Source of the DNA: Phallusia mammillata
Taxonomy: Eukaryota
Reading direction: 5' to 3'
Length of the DNA: 64,000 nucleotides
Assembly (NCBI GenBank): GCA_965637545.1
Contig: OZ281501.1
Location: 8,370,001-8,434,000, forward strand
Part shown: positions 11,578 through 24,200 of the stretch, in pieces
Numbering within the stretch: position 1 is the stretch's first letter
Layout of the letters: every line of letters begins with the position of its first letter
The notes under the pieces: generated by a model
What the model saw: the letters and a program-made list of their open reading frames with translations, nothing else
Told to the model about the DNA's origin: nothing
Databases searched by the model: none
Position numbers and translations under genes: made by a program

Positions 11578-11859
11578 TTATTTTTCATGTTTTTGAACTT
11601 CAATTTCAAGTTCATCGATCAAATTGTCTTTTGACATTTGATAAATTGTATATCCATAAACTGAAGCAATAAATCCAGCAACCCCTAGGGCCATAAAGAT
11701 CTTTCTAGAGCCGTGTTTCTTGTTGAAGACTTGGAATTGCTTTTTGTTGTAATTTTCAATAAACTTGCGCTGTTGTGGAGACAGATTATCTCTTGTCACA
11801 TCGACACGGCGCATTCGGGGATGTTCAGGATCCACACTTTGGGGTGTTGGAGCTGACAT
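11578..11859 (-). CDS. COA3: Cytochrome c oxidase assembly factor 3 (CCDC56), single coding exon, 93 aa
   Basis: MSAPTP...RRVDVTRDNLSPQQ...ALGVAGFIASVYGYTIYQMSKDNLIDELE resembles human COA3 as recalled (RIDPTREKLTPEQ...[29 protein letters not shown]). One TM helix. A splice acceptor (tttgctttag|) lies 22 nt upstream of the ATG. Confidence 0.9.
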   Translation of the reverse strand: MSAPTPQSVDPEHPRMRRVDVTRDNLSPQQRKFIENYNKKQFQVFNKKHGSRKIFMALGVAGFIASVYGYTIYQMSKDNLIDELEIEVQKHEK

Positions 11860-13161
11860 TGTCAAACAATTTAACACAGATCTAAAGCAAAAACAAAGCA
11901 TGAAACTGTATAATCAATCAATCAATCAATTTAATTTATTTGTTCAGCGTCCACATATAATAATAAGCTAGTTGTTCTCAAACAGAGGCAAGTTTAGTCC
12001 CAAGGTTTAACTTGAGGTATTTTTTAGTCCTTACTCCTTATACGATGATATATTATTCTTTCTAATTTGGTCTAATTGTTTTCACTATGTCCGGTATGAA
12101 AGATAGGAATACTAACAGCCAATTTACTAACAAAACTTAGTTATTATCTCTGAAAGCTAAGTGTAAACAAGTCAAACACCCAAAAGTATTAATACGGTAA
12201 ATCACCAAAAAAATTCCCTAACAATTTTGATTTAATAACTCCAAGGAATTACGAATAACTTTCTGTTAGAAACATGACTCATTACAGCAAACCAAAATTT
12301 GTTAAGAACCTGCTGAGCACCGAAAGTCACGTCATCCAAACTCTCCATTTCACTGCAAGGCCACGCTCAATAAAATACAAACAAAACTCTGGCGCTATAC
12401 AACGGACATTGTCATTCGATCTAGAGAAGCAATAATTATAAATCGACACCTGTTGTGATGTAAATTTTTGGCAACTAGTATCTAAATTAAATCCAGTACG
12501 CTGTTAGATACCGTCTTTAAATTTTTACAACACAAAATCTTGGAAAAACACCCAAAACTACATTTTACAAACCGGTTACGCCTTCGATTGCAGTCCGCAT
12601 GTTAAAATGTGTAAAAAAATCTAAGCCTCCCCGATAGTATGCCGCATTTTGTGATGTGGTAGGACTACTATTGTTTACAAACCTTCTTTCTATTGCATCA
12701 GGTTACAACTATATGCCAACAATTGTTAGTCACGCAAATGATTGGTAGGCCTACCCAGCAGAGTGAAAAGCCAACATGTAAAAGAATTTGGAAGCACAAA
12801 TAAAGCAAAAACATGTCTGTAGAAATAATGTCGGAATAACATAAAAATGCAAGCCGCACGAATGGTAGGGTAAAAAATTATTAGCCGCTGCTTACTATTG
12901 AATAAATACGGTAATGTTCATGTGTCGATTGATTCTACAAACAAGACACAGATATATGCCGCCAAAACCTTAGAAAAACACTATCCTTGCATGCAGAAGC
13001 ATGTTAGTCAAACTTATAAACTGGAAGTCGATACTAGCTTACTAAACAAGTGAGCCTTCGGAAACAAAGTAACTGGTCTGCTGTAAATATGTACTTCTGC
13101 TGTATTCCAAATGAACCAAACGGATTGAAAAAGTAAAGTCATCATGTTCTAGAATCTAGAC

Positions 13162-14083
13162 CAAGGGTGGGCAACCTACGGCCCGCGTGAAGCTTTTGAG
13201 CGGCCCGCGAACGAATTCCCAATGCTTCATGTATCCGGCCCGCGACCGCATTAAAAATTCGTATTTCATTCTTCATCGGCCGAATGGAATTTATGCGCTA
13301 TGTTTCTTTTGTACACCAAATAATTTTCAAACTACACGCTGATACTAAGAATATGCATTGTTACGTACAAAGACAAAATTATTGTGTGTGTGCTGTGCTA
13401 GCCTTTGGACTGTGTTGTAAATGTGGTTTGGCCTGATTGTTAGTAACCTAACCAAACCTGTCCAAGGTTGATTTGACAATTGTATACATTCACATTGAGC
13501 AAATACTTAAAGTTGAGTTGTGTACACTCTTGTTATTGCATTGGAACCGTTGCGGCCCACATAGGCGCCGCCACCTTGGTTTTGTTAGCCACGGTGGCGG
13601 CCACCGTAGATATTTTGGTTTGTTAATTTATCATACGAAACAACAAAATATTTTGAAAAAACGTAAAAAAATTAGAAACAATTTTGCTTTTAAACAAGCG
13701 TGCTGGCGAAAAAGCAACAAAACGTGCTTTAAAACTGCAACGTATTTGAGTTAGTGCCTTGTTTATGACGTCAAACACAAAATTGTTTACTCATAGATGG
13801 TTGTCCATTATTACGTACAATGGAAATGTGTCGTAATATAGCAACAATCCCAGGTGATATAAAGCAACTTGACGAAACATTTTTAAATGTTTCCGAACCA
13901 TGATAAACGTTCGTGTTCCGCATTATTATTATTTCCCAATTTGATACTTGTGGTTGCACGCATTAGTGACGTCATATTTTACGTCCGCCACCTTGCATTT
14001 TTATACTTGGCGCCTATGGCGGCCCGCACCCACAATATCATTACTTTTCTGGCCCGTGCATGCTAAAAGGTTGCCCACCTTTG
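13162..14083. mobile_element. Non-autonomous hAT-Charlie element, 922 bp
   Basis: TIRs CAAGGGTGGGCAACC / GGTTGCCCACCTTTG, a perfect 8-bp TSD ATCTAGAC (NTCTAGAN target type) and subterminal GGCCCGC repeats. No long ORF. Confidence 0.92.
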
Positions 14084-15283
14084 ATCTAGACATTTTAAAC
14101 CTCTAAAAACGTAAACACCAAAAATTTTGGATGTTGTATTGTAGCTGTTGAGTTATGAAAACTCGTATTAACGACAACGTACAGACGGAAAGCGCACAGC
14201 AATTAAGGTTGGTATTCGCGCGCGCTATACAAATCACAACAATGTGACAATTGCAAATCAGGGAACGTTCAACATTCGACAACAATTGACACAAGGGATA
14301 GTTGGGGTACACAGGTGGAGCAACAAACGTGATAGCTATTATGTACAAGTGGAAATAGCGAATTAGATGCAAATTAAGTAGATGTACGTATGCATTTTGT
14401 CTACATTTTTTTAATGCAAAAATATATTTTAATGACAGCTGACATATGGAATAGTTATTACAAGTCAATTTGAGATTTTTAATCCAAATTTGTAGCCTTT
14501 TGGATTAACTTTTTTGATTTTGTAAGTTTTGCTCACGCGTACAAAAGCGCGTAACATGAGCAAACCACACAATTACACCGCTAGGATTAAAACCAGTAAC
14601 TACACATAATACTAAATTATTCTTTCTCCGTTCATTTGGCGAGAAAATGCCACTGTACACATATAAGCTTGTAGGCATTTTGCATATAAGTGCATAGCGT
14701 CACATCCGATGTAATCATCAGTTCATTTCGACGCTGGATTAGGACATCGAAAAAGTGATACACAATTAAAGAAATATTGCGAATGTCCTTAGTATTGGGC
14801 TGGTGGTTTGAGAGCTTATGTACAACAACTTTTCTAAACAATATTGAAATACACGCGAATGTAGTTTGGAGTAAACGATCAACCATTTCCCATTTTTGCT
14901 TTGCATTCAATCTTGCAAAGTTGGACCTAGTTTTTTGTCATTTAAAGATCTTATAATCCAAGCCCAACGTTTGTCAAATTTATAGACAGGCAGTTTTTCG
15001 AATTATAATTTACATTACTACAGTTGTACATGTTCAGAACAGTGGCCAATAGATAAATTTTGACCAGGTTTTTATACTTTTACAACACAATTACTACTAA
15101 ACGAATAAATCACAAGCTATATCTATGAGAAACGTGTAAAAACAGCGATTTTCCGGTTTATACGAACGGCCCATTGGCTGAAAATAACAAGAAAAATACG
15201 ACTACGGTCGCCAAGAAAAATGTTACGTCATCAGTGTTGACCTCACAACACCGCATTGTTACGCCATAAGCAAGAAGAGTTGT

Positions 15284-18200
15284 TTACGTTGGTCGTTGGG
15301 GAATACTGGGTCGTCCAGATGGAGCGGGCCTCCTAAAAAACATTAAAACGTCAATAAAAAGTACACAAAAAAACAACCACGCCTAACAAATTGATCGCTG
15401 CTTTATCACACCTTTGGAATTGCAATTTTTTTGGCAACTTGATTTATTTTTTTACAACAAAAATATCACAAATTAAACTTAAAACAAAATGGTCCAATTT
15501 TGTTAAATCCGTAGTTCCCAAAGATAAAGTCCACGTTTTCAGTCCAGACTATAAAACAACAATACTTCTGTTGCGAGCTTTTTTATACCTTGGAATAGAA
15601 GGTGGTGCACGGACCGAACCAGGACGGTTGGGAATCGGCGGCGCCGCTGCTGTCGGCATCATCGGTGGGGGCAGGGATGGGGCGCTTGATGATGGAGGGC
15701 CTGGGGGCATACGACCCCCACTTGGTCTTGCTGGAGGAGCGCGACGCACAGGACTCGAACTGCGACCCCCGTGTGAACTTAAGTAAAATGTTGACATTAG
15801 GAAAATTTACCAGTATTTGTTAAGTTGTAGATAAACCGTCAGGTGCTTTTTGTCCAGCAGTTTTTTGATTTAGTAAATAGTTTTGTCTTTTTCGGACTTA
15901 TCGGCACTTTTCTGACAGAATACATGCACACGCGAATAAACGCATGATCTGTTAGGTCTTAGGATGAATAAAATCGAACTGGAAACAAGTATCTCCCGAG
16001 TGTTTCATGAAAAAGTGACACAACATCGACGGGTTATTTTCAGACTGAACAAATTTTTAAGGGCTTTCAGTCCAATTAATGTAAAGGATAAAACAAGTAT
16101 TTTAAGTTGTAAGTAACTGTGGTGGAACCAAAGCTGTAAGTCTGGCCCAGTTAAAACTTACTTTTAAACAGAATTTAGTTGGAATAGGGTTTGAAATAAA
16201 TATTTTACTTTTTTACAAGGTGCTACAGGGGAAATGTCATGCACACAGCAGAGCACTATTTTGTTACAACAGAATGTAGGAAAACATGACCTTCGGCCAA
16301 TTGTTTCTTTATGGTTTAAAATATCGGATTCAGGTATGAAATGTAGGACCCTATAACTTCAGGCCTTTAGCACACTTGGTTAAGCACTACAAGGTAAACT
16401 AACAGGAAACAAATAGAGGTTTCTGCTTAGCAAAGCAACAAAACAGTTTCTCGTCCTCATAGAAAACACAACTTTTGGGATGAGGATATTATTGGTATTG
16501 TGTTAGTCCCATGAATATTATATTCCATGCTCGAAAAATCTATTTAAACTTCCATTATTCTTTTATATCGGGTTAACATGCCGCTTATATGACCGAGCGC
16601 TTAAAGCCGCATGCAAGTTAAGCATCATGGAGCAAGTCCGGAGATGCGTTAACCTCGGAGTGTCGGTTCGCATGCTGTTCCATCTCTTCACTGATTGGCT
16701 GTTCGGTGAGAGAGGGGCGTGGCTGCGGGCGTATCGCGAGCCTGGCTTGCTCGGACGTTCATCCAATATATTTTCGGCACTCGAGGACCGCACCATAGGC
16801 ATTCTTGTGTTCAATGTGGGCCTGCTATGTTACCAGACCACTTAGTAAAGATTGTGTTTGCTACATTTATGTAACAGGCGTTTATTTTTGTTGCAAAAAT
16901 TGTTGGGATGTATAGCACCGTTCGCGCGAGGTATTGACTGTTTTTTTCGGAAATTTTACTAACGTAAGAACTCAACAGGAAAGTTTGCTAAATACCGATG
17001 GATGGCGCAAAGAGCAAGCAAAATTGTGTAAAAGTGCGGACGGTTAGGACTTTGAGGGTTGGGGTTAGGTGTTGCAATAAAACAAACTTAAAAGCATATA
17101 ATTGCTAACCTTTTACCAGTCTCACTGTTAATTTAAATAACGGTGCTTTTTACGTCATCTATAGGTATTTAGCACTTTTCGTAGTTCTACCTGCTTCTAC
17201 CGTTAAAAATTAAGGATAGCATAAAAATCAATTCAACTATGATTTTGGTAAAACTAAATTCGGACAACGAAACAACGTTATCAGAATATCTGCAAACACA
17301 GTGTACAAAGAATAGGTCAAACCCAGTAGCTTCGAATGCGAAAAAAACTTCAAAACATCATTTAACTATAAGGGTTTGACTAAATCGGCATTGGTATCCA
17401 TGTTACCACTGCCTGGCCAAAACAGCTACGTATTGATATTGCTAGGCAACGGACAAAAATGCTTTCATAGATAAACAACCAAATAAAAACAAAAATGTAG
17501 ATGAAATACAGCATTGCTTTAGTCTCTATAAGTTTCGAATATAAAGTTTATTTGGCCGAGGTAGAAATACAGTAGTGTAGAGATGCGTACCTCTGGCGAG
17601 ACGGACCAAGGCTGTTAAAGCCGTTTGACACGTGGTTTGGTGAAGATTGTTGGGGTTCTTCAATCCACGAATTGTCGACGGGAGGGGGAAGGTTGGTTTG
17701 TACAGTCTGCACCAAATAACAGCAAATGGTGAAAAAATTCCCAGGTATGCCATTTTACCATGAAAGGTTCAGTAATAGTTTAACCATCTGTTTTGTTGTT
17801 GTTGTTGTTTTACTTTAGGTGGTTATTTTACAGGCATAACATGCAGATGGAATGAGAAAAATTCTGGCAAGGATTTTTATTTATTTTTATTTCAACTAGG
17901 TTACAAATCATAGTAACAAGGACGAAGTAAAACACTGAACGCTTTTTAAACTGTTAAAGAAAAAACTAAACGAACCAAAAGACATTTAATTTGGATCAGA
18001 AATAAGTACAATCATATTTTCTAAAACCTCGCCCAACAAAACAACGATAGCTTTTACATATAACGGTATGGTAACACTGTATATTTCATTTAAAAACTTG
18101 AGTTTCTACTATTTGATAGTTACATAGCAGTATTGTACCTTCATGTTAATATCTCCCATAACTTTAAGCGCTTCTTTCAGGCTGTTGTACATTTTCACCA

Positions 18201-21200
18201 TTGTATCTCTTCTTTCCGCTTCATCCGCTGATTCTTCCATCAGGTTGTTCTGCAACAGACATCATATTTTGCAATGGTCAGTGTTTAAATTTAGGTTTCT
18301 AATAGTACTCGAAAAAACAGTTTTGTAAAAATGGTCAAAACTGTCAAAAAAGACTTGCAACATGAATGCTATATATTTAAGAAAAAATACGTACGTTTTT
18401 TATGCAATTAACCGGACAAGTAATGGTTACGGTTGGGATTTACCATCCCTAAGCAATTATACAGATTGTGCGTATAACAGGATTGAATTTAAAAATAAAA
18501 CACTTACAGCATTTCCGCTGGAGTAAAGATGCGCCAACACTTCAGTACTAATGAATTCTTTTGTCTGAAGTAACGAAAAGTCAAATTAAAAATGTCAATG
18601 CACTATTTCTAAGATACATTACTTGTGGTGTGTACAAGCAAAATTGAATTAAATCGAAATTTTATGCCGTTTAGGGCCTACTATTTACGATAGGCATAAA
18701 AAAGTAGTGTTGCATTGAAAATCGGGTGTTATAAATTTAGAAACTACTTTCGTACCTGGTTGATCATGATATTCATAATTATCTTTGGTACAAGATCGCG
18801 AATTGTTTTGTTGACGATCGCCATGTAACTATCCACCAAGTTACGAATAGTTTCAACTTGTCTCTCCAACTGTGGATCAAGTGAACCTGACGAGTCGTTG
18901 CCACCTGATGATGAAGAGCTTTCCTTCTGTAAAAGTAAAAAATATATATTTACAAGCAATACCTTGACCCAGAGATGTAAACGGGACTGAAATTTGAGAC
19001 CGAACTTGAAAGTGCAAGCCTGAAATCCGACCCGAACCCCCATTGTTCTTAAGAAGCCCGTTTAAACCCAAACGTATGATTAAAAGGCATACACATTGAA
19101 GCACCAGGAAACACCAACAAAAAAATTGGTCATAAACAATGCGTTTTAGGGCTGTTTGACATTAGGTCAAGGCTACTTAGCTAGTTAAATTAATTCAAAA
19201 AATTAATGACACAGAGTATAAAGTCAGGCCCATATCACGTCCGTTTTTTATTAAAAAAAAACTACGCCCGAACCCGAACCGAATCCAACTCTGCCTTCAT
19301 CCAAACCCAACAATTGGGAAAATACAAATGAATGCACAAAAAAACACTAGTTTTGATAAACATATTCTACCGCAGGATAGATTTATTTTAGCTAATTTCT
19401 TAAAATTTCTAGTAATTCGGTATGACGCCTTTAATGAATACAAATGACAGCAAACATCGCTTTAATATTGTACCGAAACTAGAGTTTTAGCTCAAGAAAG
19501 ACACGAATTTGAAACACTGCCAAACAATGACGCCAGTTTCGAAAAACTCTCAAAAGTCGGGACCGAAAAATGCAAAATTGCGTCCTGTGATGACAAAATA
19601 AAAATTCTGCACACGAACCTCAGTTGAACGTTCTGGATAAACTCCTGCCCTTAACATCGAAGCTTTCCAGCTATCTACGGTGTCTTGTGACTCAGCAGAA
19701 AGCTCCAATTGTCTGAAGGAAACAATGGATTTTTTGTTACCAAAATTAGTATTTATTAAGTATTTTATACAAAAGTATTTATTTAAACAAACATGCTTCA
19801 AGAGACACGTTGCCTAGATTTTACGATCTTTGCATTTTACCACATCCAACAATTTTGAAGAATATAACACTAAGTTTAGCAGAAAAATCTGCAAGTAAAA
19901 CCACAACCTACAGCAATTTATAACGTTGATCTTAAATACAACATTCAAGTTAAATTAAAATTTAGTTTCATAACTTTCTCCTAAATACATGATGGTTGGT
20001 AGCTACAAAACCAGTAGTGATCTTTCTAGAATCAAGATCCTTGTCCAACTGCTAAAGTGAGAAAAAGAATTGTTACCGCAGAGTTACTTGCAAAAAATCC
20101 CCAACACCATTTGCTTTATTGCAGCCATACCAAAGACATGATCTTTTTTAATACCTGTAATCCTTGTACACATTTCGAGATTCAGTGCTGAACAATGCAA
20201 ATCCATATTTGCTTGACATGAATCCCTTCTCCAACTCTCTCATGCGAATGTTATCCAATGCAAGGACAAATTTCTTGTCTTTTTCCTACATGGTTTAATG
20301 TCCAATCATAAAAATCAGGCAGCAACATTGGAGTTTTAAACAAAATACTCTTGCAAAAACCATAACATTGTACCCCTTGGTTTCTAGTACTATTAAAACC
20401 ATGGTACCAGTATAGATTTTATCATATGCACTTGTTTTTTTTCTTGACACTTCAATTGGGTTAAAAAAAATATTTTAGCTGCATATTGGGGAAGAATGTA
20501 CGGTTATCACCATCATATTTATTTTTCAGTACAGTGATACTTCATTGCATTTGACTTGCACATTTCGACATAAAATTAAGAACAGGCAACCTAATCTGAC
20601 GTATTGAAATAATTGTCTGGCGAAATATTTGTTGAACAGATATATAAACAGAAAAATACTAATCACTTTGTGACTAAGACTTCATATTTTTTACAAACCT
20701 CATCATCTTTATACCACTGCAAGGTTTCAGCACTGAGAGTAAACCAGAACTCCTTGGATCCACCGCGGATGAAACTCAAGTTGTGCATGGTAAGCCAGCC
20801 CTTACGAATAACCTGCACACAAAAAGATGTGATCACACATACTGCTAGATCTCAACTGTTTACTACTAAGAACTGGTTGCAAAATATTTGAATATTTAGA
20901 AGTTCACCAGTGCTACTGCTAAAACATGTAAGAACAGGCAATAGCAAGTTACTTGGTTATGTGAAGATGAAAATACATACATGGTGTTGTAAATGATATT
21001 GCCATGCAAAGTTTTCTGCTTCAGTTAATTTTGTTCATGAAAAAAATTCTGCTGTAATATTGAGATAAGTTAAAATGCAACTGCTAAAATTTTATGTTTT
21101 TTAGTAGCATGATTTAGTGAAAACTAAACATTAAAAACTGTGTTGCATGGTTAAAGTTTGCACATTTTAACAAAGCCTGATAAAGGATCATTTCAATTTA

Positions 21201-24200
21201 AAGCCAATATTATAACAAGCTAATGGCAGTCATATCAGCTTGCTTTTATAAACTTGAAGTTTAGATATCACTATTATCCTACAGCCACTACTGCAGGACT
21301 GCAAAGCTACACAATTTAAAAAAAACACTTATTTAGAAACATGTTAAGTAGCATGTAGGTTATGAGTTGCGATCACTAAGCATGCAAGCAAGCAGGCATT
21401 TGTTGATGTTTGCAGCAAACCTGACATCACCACACAAAACCACCGTGCTTACCATGTCCTGGTCACAACAAAATGCAACATACAGTTAGTAAGCAGATAC
21501 TTGAATGTGTGAGTTTAGGTTATTTACTCTAGATGCCAAGAGGAAGGTCACCAAAAAACAAACTCATTGATACTGCTTACATAAGTTAGATATAAACAAT
21601 CAAGGAATCCAGGTTTATAAATTATTTATCATGTGAAATATGCTTGGTCAAATTTGAGGACTGTCAATATTTGAAGTCAATAATAAGTCTCTGTAGAAAA
21701 ATAAAATAAAAAAGACAAAATGTATCATCTTTTCAACACCAAGAAGAACCGAAAAAATACACTAAACATTCATTTTAAAGCCCCAACTATTATAATTCCC
21801 AAACCCAATTAGGCATACAAATTTACGGGGTTAGGACAGTTTCTTGACCAATGCCATGTTTAAACTTGAGTTAGAGAAAAAAAGAAAAATTAGAAACTAA
21901 AACCAAGTTAAAACAATATATGTCTCCTTTGGAAGGAGATGTGCATGCTAATGATGCTTACCTCCTGTTTAACAACAACAATAAACAAACATACAATTTA
22001 GTAAAGCGAAACACTGATTATCTTGATTCACATGCAAGTTTCTATTTAAAAAATATTTGAAGTTAAAAATAATCAATCAGAACAATTAAAATCTTACAAA
22101 AAATGAAGTCAGTTTTAGCACTTTAAGCACAAACAACCAAAAACTTATTACCACAAAAGTTTAAATTTTGGACACATCACAATGTCAGCAAAGGCATTCA
22201 AACATTTTGCAATTTGCAGATAAAATTTAAGGACAATAGCCTGTTTTAAGAGAAGGCTAGTATGATTAACAGTGCATAAAAAGAGTATCACTCGCATCAT
22301 AGGTGTGAGGTAGATCAAGCAAGTGCAATGACATCCATATGTGTATTTATGACACCTATCTTTTGGCCAAATGTCCTTATATTGTTAAATCACTCAGTTT
22401 TGTTTAATCACAGTTCTAAACAGCTGAAATCACGGAAAAATCAATTGGTTGAAAAACCTTTCTAAAAGTTGCTTGTTTTGTGTAAAGATGAAGTCCATGT
22501 GTGAAACATTGGTGTAAGAACTACCTTCTACGTTGTATTTGTATTCATGAAGTAGTGAAGTTAATTCAACATACCTGGTTGCCCACAACTTTCTTTTTGG
22601 TCCCTCGGTCAACACCTTTTTGTGATGCACTGTAAAAAGAATCTTTTTAAAGCACAACAATACTCAACATTTGGCAAAACGTAACTGAGTAACAAAATTA
22701 GGTAAAACACTAATTGCTGCAGTGTGTTTATAGCGATTTGGCAAACAACACATTTTTCAAAAAAAAATTAAAGATTTTCCTTGATTGGTGCCTTACTTCA
22801 TTTAGATCATATTTTCAGTGTAAAATGGCTCTAGATATTTTACACTTGTGTGTTTTCAAATAATCTAACCACAACACATATACATGCATCACAAGACGTT
22901 TTGCTTATCCCAGGTCGGTCCAAATGCTAGCACATGCACTTGTTTTTACAAAAAAATTCAAATACAAAATAAATAAATAAACATCAGTAAAAGGCATTGT
23001 TTGCAATTGATCTTATTGTTTTAAACTAAACTAGAATAGTGGTTTTCCTATATATTGCCAGTTTATATATACTACATCATATTTAACGATGTATCACATA
23101 TACCATTTACTATATTTATAATGAATATATATTTGGCACCTACATTTCATTGGGGCCCTATCTTTTTCCTGGCACTTTATAACATAATTGTTTCTGCAAG
23201 CATAATCTAATGGGTCCCCACACATATGCATATGCGATTTGGTAACAGTAAAAATAGGGCACAATCACTGTTAGACATTTACCAATTTACTATACACATC
23301 ATTTGATCTACACATATGATTGTTTTTGCAAGCAAAAACGAATGGGTCCCCACATGCACGTTTGTGTGGATTTATGGTAAACAAACATCCTGGTTATTTT
23401 TAGATTCTTAAGGAAAAACTTAACCAACTTAAGCCTTAACCCAACTTAAGTTTTGTTTGTATTCTTTTTGCATCATTATTGTCATATAATTACAAAAAAA
23501 ACAGTAAATAAGAACAGGAGAAATACTTTCAATTTAATCTCATGCTTTGACCTTGATATTGTCGTTGAAGGTCAGTTTTTAAACACAATTTTCCAGAACT
23601 GAAAATGTGTTTGATAACTTAATAAAACGACATAGCATAGCTGCGCAAAAACAGCTGATTTCTAATCACCAACACGACTGTCTCGTAAAACGTCCGTCCT
23701 TCAAGCTGAGCACTCCCGCTGCATTCACATGCCTTAATCGTAAACAAGTGAATTACTACCTTGAGAGTTGAGACTTCTATCTGACTGACAGTGTACACAT
23801 ATTGTGGGCTGTAAAAGTAACTGTTTGGCCGATTAAGGCAAATTTTTAAACACTAAACGAATAACCTACTGCAAACAATTGATTAACATTTCAGCACATT
23901 AGGGCTCGTATTTCTGGCCTAAAACTTATTATTTTGGGGTTTAAGGGGTAAAAATGGGTGAATCCAAAAAAAAGTTACAAAATTCTTTAGAATAGCTTAC
24001 ATTGCACCAACCAACAAAGCATGAAACCCACAGATTATGTACTTGGGTCAGTACAGCCGTTTTTAATTTTTTTGTATTGGAGGCCTGTGAGTGAACCACT
24101 GGGTCGTTTGGGGTCAAACTTCAGGAGGATCAAATTCGGAACAATAACTAACATCTGTGCAAATTTGAATAAATTTAAAGCACTCTTTCTTGACCAAACA

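Noticed and set aside
17420-17440. Second 6-nt microexon candidate in the dynamin PRD intron (ccag|GCAGTG|gtaaca)
   Set aside because: No clear branch point, pyrimidine tract or UGC context, so it is likely chance.
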